In this document: positions 29,519 to 38,500 of the stretch, piece after piece | Position numbering within the stretch: position 1 is the first letter of the stretch | Layout of the letters: every line of letters begins with the position of its first letter | Origin: Bradymonadales bacterium | GTDB taxonomy: Bacteria > Myxococcota_A > UBA9042 > PWKZ01 | Direction of reading: 5' to 3' | Length of the DNA: 64,000 nt | Assembly (NCBI GenBank): GCA_003559575.1 | Contig: PWKZ01000169.1 | Location: 197-64,196 of the forward strand | Notes under the pieces: model-generated | The model's input: only the letters and a program-made list of their open reading frames with translations | Databases searched by the model: none | What the model was told of the DNA's origin: nothing | Made by a program: the position numbers and the translations under genes

Positions 29519-29543
29519 GGTCCACGGACTTCGGCCGTGGACC
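29519..29543 (-). terminator. hairpin with UUCG-type tetraloop downstream of giant lipoprotein gene 1
   Basis: GGTCCACGG a C [TTCG] G CCGTGGACC. 9-10 bp GC-rich stem. T6 on the minus strand lies ~13 nt downstream, not a textbook U-tract. Confidence 0.35.
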
Positions 29544-29585
29544 CTTTAAGCTTTCCGCTCCCGACCAATGCTCTCGGGTGGGCTC

Positions 29586-32500
29586 TCAGAAGTTGGTCTC
29601 CAGCGCTGGCCCATCCGCTCCATCGGCGCCCGGCTCCCCTAGCGAGAATCCACCCGACCCCCCGAGTCCGCCCCGGCCCGCGTCGATGAAGGTGTTGTCC
29701 GTCCGCCAGGGCTGCACCAGCGCCGGGTCGATCCCCTCCGCGAAGATGCCGTAGGCCGGCCCACCGCAGCCACCGCCCCCACCGCCGCCGTGACCGCCGT
29801 TGCCGCCGGTGCCGCCGCGGCCCCCTGCGAAAGCGGGGTAGGTGGGATCGACGGGATCGCTGTCGCCGGATCCGCCCCCGTCACCGCCGATCCCCCCGGC
29901 TCCGCCGGCGCCGCCGGCCCCGCCGTTACCGCCGGCGCCGCCGTAGCCGCCTACACCGCCGTAGATTGCGTTCCCGTGGATTGCAGGCGGGCTCGTGGGG
30001 GGCGAGTCGAACAGTACGAAGAGCCCGAATGCGCCGCCACCGCCGGTGCCGCCCTCCCCCCCGGCGCCGCCGCACGCGCCGGCGCCACCGCCGCCGCCGG
30101 TGCCGCCGAGGTTGTCGTAGCCGTACCCTTTGGCAAAGCACGGCTGGTGAACCGCCGCTCCCCCGCCGGAGCCCCCGCCCCCACCGCCGCTCCCGGCGGT
30201 CCCGTCGCCTCCGTCGAGTCGCGGGGGGGGATGAAAGAGGCCGTCGGTGATCGTCGCCGAGGCGAGCTCACAAACCGCCCCGCCATGCGCGTCGGCACCT
30301 CGCGCGCCATCGACTCCCGGGATCCCCTGGAGCGGACCAAAGGTCGAGTAGCCCGCACAGTTATATGATTGATGCCAGACGTCGCGGCCGGCCGCGCCTC
30401 CTGTCCCACCGCCGCCGATGACGCCTCCATCGTCCCCGGCCACGCCTCTCTCTTCAGGCCGTGGAACCCCGGTGACCGAGCCGTCATAGGTGGGACACCC
30501 GCGCGCCCCGCCTGCGCCGCCGCTGCTGGAAGTTCCAGCGCAGCTCTCCACGCCGGGCGCGCCACCCGCCGACCAATGGCTCGAGGTACAATCGTGGCGA
30601 GTGATCCCATACTCGAACCACAGATCGAGGGCCGCCACGCCGGGGCCCCCCGGTTGCCCCACCGCGCCGCTCGAGCCGTCGCCACCGCGCAGCCCGTCGC
30701 CGCCTGATCCGGCAAAGACCTCGTTGTAACCGAGCTCGAGAGTCTCGTCGCAGTTGCGAACGTAAATGGCATAAGACGAGGCCCCCGGGTCGCGCACCGG
30801 CGCCCCGAAGACCGAGAAGCCGGCGAGCGCGACGCTCCCGGGATCGCCGCCCGTGAGATCGATGGCGTTGACCACACCCGGGAGGCCGAGCTCCGGTTGC
30901 AGGCCCACGATCGCGGTCTGGTACAAAGCCGGGTCGCGCAGAGCAAAGTCGGCGCTGTATCCGCCGAATACCGCGACCCCGGCGACGAGGTTGACGGTCT
31001 CGCTATAGACTCCCGTGGCGACGTACACATACGGCACCCCCGCGATCGCCGCGGCGTCGATTCCCGCCTGGATCGTGCGTTTGGGGCGAATCTCGTCGTC
31101 GACCTGATCCCATCGCCCGTCGTACCCGTCGTCACCGTGCTTGGCGACAAAGATCCCGTTGTCTCGCTCGCCGTCCATACCGTCGCAGTTCTCGTCGAGC
31201 CCCCACGGATCGGGGCGGTCATGCGGCTGCGGGTCACAGCACTCGCAGCCGTCGGCCCAGTTCTCATTGACATTGAAGCAGTCCTCGACGCATTCGAATC
31301 GACACGCGGGCGGTTCGAGCGTGTCGTCGCAATAGGCCCAGGCGCCCGGAAGATCGATGGCGCTGCAGTCGTTGCCGCACCCCCCGCAGGCCTCGTCGGA
31401 CGTATAACGACCGAACTCATCGACGAATCCGTCGTCCACCACCCCGTTGCAGTTGGTGTCGCGGCCGTCACAGACCTCCTCGGGCGGCACGCACTCGGAC
31501 CAGCCCGACTCCAGGCACTCGCGTGTCCCCTCGCAAAAGTAGTCCGGCTCGCCTTCGGGCGGATAGGCCAGCAGACAACCGCTCAACAAGCCCACGTTGG
31601 CGGCGTTGCAGCGGCACGCGCCGGTGTCCGGGACGCAGATCGAGTCGATGCATGTGGCGCCGGCCGGGCAGTCGCCGACGGTGTCGCACTCGGGCAGACA
31701 AAAGCGCCCGTCCTCGAGCATGCGGCACTCGGACCCCACGGCGAGACAGTCCGCGTCCGTCGTGCAAGGTGTGCAGAGATCAGTGGTGAACGGGGTGCAG
31801 CTCACGGCATCGAGCGGCACGTACCCGGGAGAGCAGCTCGCGACAACACAGCGGGGGAAATCGCCGCTCGAGTCGCATTCGGCCACGCCGTTTTCGATGC
31901 TCCCTGTGCAGGAGCGGTTACAAGCCCCGCAGTGGTCCTGGTGCGTGTAGAAGCCCGTCACCGGCTCTCTAAACCCGTCGTCGGTGATGCCGTTGCAGGT
32001 ATCGTCAAGCCCATTGCAGGTCTCTTCGGGCAGGGGCTCGCCGGGTTCGGCCGTACAGACGAGCGGCCCCGCGGGGTTCACCGAGTCGCACTGATAGACC
32101 CCGACAGACTGACAGATCCCATGGCCCGCCACGCAGGCCTGGCCCTGCGTGTCCCACCACCCCTCGGGGTGATCGTCGGTGAGCCCGTTGCAGTTGTTGT
32201 CGCGTCCATCGCAGACCTCGGGCTCGGCGTCGCCGGCCACCGCGTTGCAAACCGTGCTTTCGCCGTCCGCGGCGCAGACGAAGTAACCCCGGCGCAAACA
32301 AGCCCCAAGACCAGCCGAGCATGGTTCGCCGAGGTCGTCGAAGCCGCTGTCGGTGATTCCATCACAGTTGTTGTCGCGTCCGTCGCAGCGCTCGGGCGCG
32401 GGAGTGGGCGCGGTACAGATCCAACCCCGCCCCTCGGGGGTATCGCCGCACACCCATTGGCCGGCGCATGTGCCCCACTCGTTACTGTTCTCGCAGCTCC

Positions 32501-35500
32501 ACTCGCCCCCCGGAGGCGACTCGACGTTGTCGATTATTCCGTCGCAGTTGTCGTCGATGCCATTGCAGTCCTCGGGCATGGGTTCTCGCGCATCGCACTC
32601 GCTCCACCCCGGAGTCTCCTCTGGTTGACAGCGCTGAACCCCACGGCACGTCCCGTGCTCGTTCTCGCGGTGGCAAGGGCGAATTGCACCCTCGGTGCCG
32701 GGCAGACAGGTACACGAACGGCTCACGGGCAGACAACGTCCGCCCTCGCACTCGAATCCAGTCGGGCAGTCCTCATCCAGATCGCAGCCGCGAGTGCAGA
32801 AGCTCCCGCCGTCCAGCGACTCGCAGCGCCCTTCGTCGAGCCCGCTGCAATGCTCGTCCTCGCCACAGAGCTGGCAGTCGTAAGCGGTGGTCACGGGGAC
32901 ACAAACGCGCTCGTTGGAGGGGGGGATCAAATATCCCGGCTCACAGCCGACGGGGACACAGAAGGCCGCCCCGTCGCGCTCGCGGCACTCGGTCTCCGTG
33001 GCGTGCGGCACGCGTCCCTCGCAAGAAAAGTCACAAATGCCGCAGTGGTCGAAGTGGTTGTAGACGCCTGTCCCGGGGTTGCGGAACGGCTCGTCCGGGA
33101 TCCCGCTGCAGTCGTCGTCGATGCCGTTGCACACCTCGGTTTGCGGGGTGCGCGCGGAACAGTGAAAGCCCTCGACTCCCAGGCACAGCCACTCGCCCTC
33201 ACAGGTACCGAACTCATTGCTCACCTCACAGGGTTCGCTCGGCGGCTCCACATCGTTGTCCACCAACCCGTCGCAGTTGTCGTCGAGGCCGTTGCACTCC
33301 TCTTGACGGGGCACGGGGGCAGTGCAACCGCCCCACCCAGCCTGAAAATCACAGGTCTCGAGACCGAGGCAAGTGCCGAACTCATTGCTCTGCCGGCAGG
33401 GACGCTCGGCGCCGTCGTGCGCGGGCAGGTTGCACGTACACTGGCCCGACTCGGGGTGGCACAAGAATTTGCCGTCAACCCGCTCGAGGCACTCGAATTG
33501 CGCGGGGCAAACACCCGCGGGATCGCCGTGGATGTTGTCGGGGCCGCAGTCGCGACCACAGAACCAGCCGTCGTCGAGGAGCATGCAGGCGCTCCCCGGC
33601 AGGCGGCAGCTCTCGTCGGTGACACAGGGCTGACACGTGATCTCGGTTAGCTCCAGACAGGCGGCGCCTACCCGGTAATAGCCCTCGAGGCAGCGCTCCA
33701 CCGCGCAGACCGGCACGTCACCGCTCGCGTCACAGTACGCCACCGCTCCAGGGATCGCTCCCTCGCAAGAGATGCCGCACGCGCCGCAGTGATGGTGGTC
33801 CACATAACGCCCGGCTTCGTCGCGGAAGTCTTCATCGGTCAATCCGTTGCAGTTGTCGTCGAGTCCGTTGCACTCTTCGGGCTGTGGCGTTCGCGCGCTG
33901 CACACGAGATCGGTCGAGTCGGAGGTACAATGAAGGACGCCCGCGCACTCGTAGCGCTCGCCCTCGATCTCGGCCTCCGCATAGCACGGCGCGCCCAACC
34001 CCTCCACGTCGTCGATGAGCCCGTTGCAGTCGTCGTCGCGGCCATTACACACCTCGGGCATCGGCCAGTGGGCGCTGCACTCGCTCCACGCCTCGTATGG
34101 CTCGTCGCAGGTCTTGACCCCCTTGCAAAGCCCATACTCGTTTTCGCGCTCGCAGTAGCGCGTGAGCCCGTGGTTGTCGGGCGTGCAATCGCAAGATCCC
34201 GAAAGCGGCACGCACTGATCGGGACCGCCGTCGAACGGGAGACATTCGTAGCCCGCCGGGCAGTCCGCGCCGTGAAGCGAGCCCGGGCCACACGCGCGGC
34301 CACAGAACAACCCATCCTCGATGGGGATGCAGCGGTCGCCGGGCACCGGGCAGTTGGCGTCATGGACACACGGGTTGCAAAGGCTCGCCAAGAGCGGGAG
34401 ACAGGTGGTCGGCCCTGTCTGGACGAACCCCTCGTCGCACTCGACCACCACACACTTGGGCTCCTCATCGCCCATGACGCAAGCCGAGACGCCGTTGGGG
34501 AACCGTCCGAGGCAAGAGTTGCCGCAGGTTCCGCAGTGCTCGTCATGAACGTACTCGCCCGACTCGTCGCGAAACGGCCCGTCGGTGACACCATCGCAGT
34601 TGTTGTCGTATCCGTCGCAGCGCTCGGGTTCAGGCTCCTGGGGAACCACGCAGTCCCAGCCGTCGAATCCACGACATACCCAACTGCCGCCGCATGTCCC
34701 GTGCTCGTTTTGGAGCTGACAAGGTTCGCTCGGCAGGAGCGGTTCGTCGTCCACGAGGCCGCTGCAGTTGTCATCGCGCCCGTTACACTCTTCGGGGGCG
34801 GGGGTCGCCGCGGTGCATTCGCTCCAGCCACTGAGCCCCTCACAGACCTCGACCCCGCGGCAGATCCCGTGTTCGTTCTCCCGAGAGCACATCCGCTGCT
34901 GCCCGATGTTGGCCAGAGTGCAGTCGCAACGGTTGGAGGGCGGCACACACTGGGCTACCAACTCGCCGGTCTCGACCGCGGTACGTTCCTCGCAGACAAA
35001 GCCCTCCGGGCAGAGGCCTTGCTCACCACAAGGCCGCCCGCAGCGCGGGCCGTCGTCGAGCGCGACGCACGCGCCGGGCCCACACTGGCGGTCCACGGAG
35101 CACGAGCCGCAGAGGAAGCTCTCGCCCCAGTAGCACAGGAAAAGAGCGTCGGGCCAACTTTCGGGGGCGGCACGACACTCCCACCCCGTGGGGCACGTCT
35201 CGAAGCATGGCACGGTGCAGACGAACCCCTCGTCCCATGGAACACAGTAGCCGGAGTCACAGTCGGCCGATGTCTCGCACTCGGCGCCGATCGCGCGCTC
35301 TTCACCCTCCCCCGGGCGCAGCGGCGGATCCTTCGGGGCGGCAATCTCAGGTCCCATATCCCGCTGATCGGGGAGCTGGATGTCCGGGAGCGCCTCGACC
35401 TCGACTGTCTCCGATGGCGTCACCACATCCGACGGCGTGGCCGATTCTTCTGCGCACCCGGCGAACAGAAGGGCGAGCGCAACGCTTGTTAGTGTGATTT

Positions 35501-35510
35501 TGTGCTTCAT
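29586..35510 (-). CDS. giant Cys-rich repeat lipoprotein 1 (MopE-type metal-binding motif modules, beta-helix domain, Gly-rich C-terminus)
   Basis: 1974 aa. Lipobox LLFAGC. About 12 modules carrying CNGxDDxCxGxxD(E/D) plus HCGxCGxxC. DUF1565-like beta-helix stretch (RTIQAGIDAA...VYVATGVYSETV). PGRS-like GGxGGxGG repeats. Terminal ...ETNF. Confidence 0.8.
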   Translation of the reverse strand: MKHKITLTSVALALLFAGCAEESATPSDVVTPSETVEVEALPDIQLPDQRDMGPEIAAPKDPPLRPGEGEERAIGAECETSADCDSGYCVPWDEGFVCTVPCFETCPTGWECRAAPESWPDALFLCYWGESFLCGSCSVDRQCGPGACVALDDGPRCGRPCGEQGLCPEGFVCEERTAVETGELVAQCVPPSNRCDCTLANIGQQRMCSRENEHGICRGVEVCEGLSGWSECTAATPAPEECNGRDDNCSGLVDDEPLLPSEPCQLQNEHGTCGGSWVCRGFDGWDCVVPQEPEPERCDGYDNNCDGVTDGPFRDESGEYVHDEHCGTCGNSCLGRFPNGVSACVMGDEEPKCVVVECDEGFVQTGPTTCLPLLASLCNPCVHDANCPVPGDRCIPIEDGLFCGRACGPGSLHGADCPAGYECLPFDGGPDQCVPLSGSCDCTPDNHGLTRYCERENEYGLCKGVKTCDEPYEAWSECSAHWPMPEVCNGRDDDCNGLIDDVEGLGAPCYAEAEIEGERYECAGVLHCTSDSTDLVCSARTPQPEECNGLDDNCNGLTDEDFRDEAGRYVDHHHCGACGISCEGAIPGAVAYCDASGDVPVCAVERCLEGYYRVGAACLELTEITCQPCVTDESCRLPGSACMLLDDGWFCGRDCGPDNIHGDPAGVCPAQFECLERVDGKFLCHPESGQCTCNLPAHDGAERPCRQSNEFGTCLGLETCDFQAGWGGCTAPVPRQEECNGLDDNCDGLVDNDVEPPSEPCEVSNEFGTCEGEWLCLGVEGFHCSARTPQTEVCNGIDDDCSGIPDEPFRNPGTGVYNHFDHCGICDFSCEGRVPHATETECRERDGAAFCVPVGCEPGYLIPPSNERVCVPVTTAYDCQLCGEDEHCSGLDEGRCESLDGGSFCTRGCDLDEDCPTGFECEGGRCLPVSRSCTCLPGTEGAIRPCHRENEHGTCRGVQRCQPEETPGWSECDAREPMPEDCNGIDDNCDGIIDNVESPPGGEWSCENSNEWGTCAGQWVCGDTPEGRGWICTAPTPAPERCDGRDNNCDGITDSGFDDLGEPCSAGLGACLRRGYFVCAADGESTVCNAVAGDAEPEVCDGRDNNCNGLTDDHPEGWWDTQGQACVAGHGICQSVGVYQCDSVNPAGPLVCTAEPGEPLPEETCNGLDDTCNGITDDGFREPVTGFYTHQDHCGACNRSCTGSIENGVAECDSSGDFPRCVVASCSPGYVPLDAVSCTPFTTDLCTPCTTDADCLAVGSECRMLEDGRFCLPECDTVGDCPAGATCIDSICVPDTGACRCNAANVGLLSGCLLAYPPEGEPDYFCEGTRECLESGWSECVPPEEVCDGRDTNCNGVVDDGFVDEFGRYTSDEACGGCGNDCSAIDLPGAWAYCDDTLEPPACRFECVEDCFNVNENWADGCECCDPQPHDRPDPWGLDENCDGMDGERDNGIFVAKHGDDGYDGRWDQVDDEIRPKRTIQAGIDAAAIAGVPYVYVATGVYSETVNLVAGVAVFGGYSADFALRDPALYQTAIVGLQPELGLPGVVNAIDLTGGDPGSVALAGFSVFGAPVRDPGASSYAIYVRNCDETLELGYNEVFAGSGGDGLRGGDGSSGAVGQPGGPGVAALDLWFEYGITRHDCTSSHWSAGGAPGVESCAGTSSSGGAGGARGCPTYDGSVTGVPRPEERGVAGDDGGVIGGGGTGGAAGRDVWHQSYNCAGYSTFGPLQGIPGVDGARGADAHGGAVCELASATITDGLFHPPPRLDGGDGTAGSGGGGGGSGGGAAVHQPCFAKGYGYDNLGGTGGGGGAGACGGAGGEGGTGGGGAFGLFVLFDSPPTSPPAIHGNAIYGGVGGYGGAGGNGGAGGAGGAGGIGGDGGGSGDSDPVDPTYPAFAGGRGGTGGNGGHGGGGGGGCGGPAYGIFAEGIDPALVQPWRTDNTFIDAGRGGLGGSGGFSLGEPGADGADGPALETNF

Positions 35511-35525
35511 TGCCTTGCCTCGCCC

Positions 35526-38500
35526 TTAGAAGTTGGTATCTGTCGCCACCCCGTCATGGCCATCCTCACCCGGCTCCCCGAGAGAGAACCCCCCGACGCC
35601 GCCCTGCCCGCCCGCGCCGGGCGCGAGGAAGTCGTTGGCCGCGCTCCAGACGGAGAGATCGAACACCGCCGGCGGCCACGCGAAGATGCCGTAGGCAGGC
35701 CCCCCGGCCCCGCCGGCGCCGCCGCCGCCGTGACCGCCTCGCCCGCCGTTACCACCACGCCCGCCCTGGAACGAAGGGTAGCTCGAAAACATCGGATCGC
35801 TTGGATCCAGGTGCCCGCCACCACCGCCGGCGCCGCCGAACCCGCCGACTCCACCCGCACCGCCGGTGCCGCCGAAGCCGCCATCACCGCCTGCGCCACC
35901 GACCCCACCCACGATCATGTTGTGCTCGATAATGGGCGGGCTCGTCTCGGCGCCGGAGAAGACGACGAACAGCCCAAACGCGCCGCCACCGCCTTTGCCG
36001 CCGGTGCCGGCCGAGCCGGGGCAGGCGCCGGCACCGCCGCCGCCGCCGCTTCCGCCGAGGTTGTGCCACCCGTACCCCTTGGAGTTACAGCTATTGTCCA
36101 CATAAGCGCCGGCGCCCGAGCCGCCTCCACCGCCTCCGCCGCCGAAAGTGCCGTTCGCACCGGACAGACCTCCCCCGGAGCGCCAGAGACCGGTCACGAG
36201 TCCCCCGAGCCCGCCGCTCTCGCCGCCGGTACCGTCGCCGCCCGCCGCGCCGTCGGTGCCGTTGGCGCCCTCGACCGGCCCATAGCTGTCATACCCGTCG
36301 CAGGAGAAGCGCTGGTGGTAGACATCCCAGCCGGCGGCGCCGCCGCCGGCCCCGCCCGCGGCGCCGGGCAGACCATTCTGTGACGCCACCGGCGCCACCG
36401 TGCGGTCGTTTGCAGAGTCCCAGGCCGGACAAACTCGCTCGCCGCCGGCGCCTCCCGAGGTCTCTGTGCCGTCGCAGGCGAACACCCCCGCGCTCCCGCC
36501 CGGCGAGTGATAGGCGACCGTGCACTCGTCTTGTCCCAGGCCATAGGCGGCGTGGATATCGAGGGCGTCCATGCCGCCCTCGCCCGCCACTCCATCGGCG
36601 CCATCAAAGCCGTTGGCGCCACGCAAGCCGCGACCGCCGGCGCCGGCGATGATCTGATTGTATGAGAGCTTCAGCGTCTCATCACAGCCGCGCACATAGA
36701 CGGCGTAGGAGCTAACCCCCGGGCGAGACTCCTCGTAGCCGAACACGCTGAAGCCGTCCAAAACCACGGAATCGCGAGGGCCGCCGTAAATGTCGATGGC
36801 GTTCACCGCCCCGGGCAGCTCTGGAGACGACTGGAGACCGAAAATGGCGGTCTCGAACCGTAATGGGTCGCGGCGCCTGAAGTCGGCGCTGTAGCCGCCA
36901 TAGACCTCGACTCCCGGTACCAAGACGACCGCTTCCTGATAGACCCCGGTCGCCACGTAGACATACGTCTTGCCTTCGTGTTCCGCGGCCGCGATCCCGG
37001 CCTGGATGGTCCGCAGCGGTTGCCCGAACACTCCCGCGGCATCGTCGTCGCCATGGCGCGCGACGAAGATCCCGTTGTCCTTCTCGCCGTCCATCCCATC
37101 GCAGTTCTCATCGATGCCGAGCGGATCGGGGCGATCAAACGGCGCCGGATCGCAACACTCACAGCCGGTGGTGGGATCGCCGTCGGCGTTGAAACAGTTC
37201 TCCACCTCCGCGCAGTCGATGGAGCAGACCGGCGGATCCGCCAGCGCATCGCACGCTCCGGGGCGCCCGTCGAAAGTCAGCAGCCGGCAGTTGTTGCCAC
37301 ACCCCCCGCAGTGCTCGTCGGTCACATATCGTCCGTCGACGGTGAAGGCGCCGTCGACGACTCCATCGCAGTTGTCATCCATGTAGTTGCAGACCTCGGG
37401 CGGCAGCTCACAGACCTCGGACCACCCCTCTTCCGTACACTCCTGCAAGCCATAGCAGACGCTGTCCTCGTAGTTGACTTCGCAGCCCCGCACGAGATCG
37501 GGGTTGCTCCCGTCGCAGTTGCAGGCATGGGTCACGGGGACACAGAAAGTCCCCTCGACCCCCGCGGCGCTCTCACAGACAAACCCGCTTGTGCAATCCA
37601 CGGGATCGGCGCAAGGGTTCACGCAGAAGTCGCCGTCGTCGAGAGTGACGCAGGCCGCGCCATCGAGGACACAAGTGTCGGCCGTGGTGCAGGGCTCGCA
37701 AGCCCCAAGCCCCGAAGGCACGCACCGAAACGGCGAGGCAGGGATGTAGCCCGCGGTGCACTCGGCCACCGCACACCGCGGCGCGGCATAGCTCTCGGAA
37801 TCACAGTACGCCGTAGAGTTGGGCACGGCGTCGCGACAGTCGATGCCGCAAGCGCCGCAGTGCTCCAGGTGGACGTACTGCGAATCCACCAGGAAGCCGT
37901 CGTCGGTGACGCCGTTGCACGTGTCGTCGAGCCCGTTGCATTGCTCCTCGGCCGCCGGCTCGCCCGGGACCGCGCTGCACACCAGCGCTCCGGCGGGATT
38001 GGCGGAATCGCAGACCAAGACCCCGTAGCGCGCGCAGGCCCCGATGCCCGCCACACACGGCTGCCCTTTGTCCTCCCACAGCGGCCCGTCGTCGGTGAGC
38101 CCGTTGCAACTATTGTCGCGTCCGTCGCAAACCTCGACCGAAGGCGCACCGGGCTCGACGTTGCACCGTGTCCCGCTGCCGTCCGGAGTACACTCGTAAA
38201 ACCCGAACCGCAGACACTCGCCCTGCCCTTCTGAGCATACATCGTACAGTTCGGGCCACAGCTCATCGGTGAGGCCGTTGCAGTTGTCGTCGATGTAATT
38301 GCAGCTCTCGGGCGCCGGCACCTGACCCAAGCAAATCCACCCGTCTTCACCGCCACAGCTCCACTGGCCGGGGCACTCGCCGTGCTCGTTGCTGATGGAA
38401 CACGCCTCGCTCGGCGGGACGACACCGTCGTCGGTCAACCCATTGCAATCGTCATCGCGACCATTGCACACCTCGGCCGCGGGCGTATCCGCGTCGCATG

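Noticed and set aside
29600-31400. Gly-rich C-terminal regions considered as collagen-like triple helix
   Set aside because: No sustained Gly-X-Y triplet periodicity. The repeats are GGxGGxGG-type (PGRS-like) instead.
30897-35492. Very long plus-strand ORFs (917 aa, 567 aa, 506 aa and others) inside the giant lipoprotein genes
   Set aside because: Antisense to strongly supported minus-strand genes. Their composition is Ala/Arg/Gly/Pro-rich with no motifs, typical of stop-poor GC-rich antisense frames.
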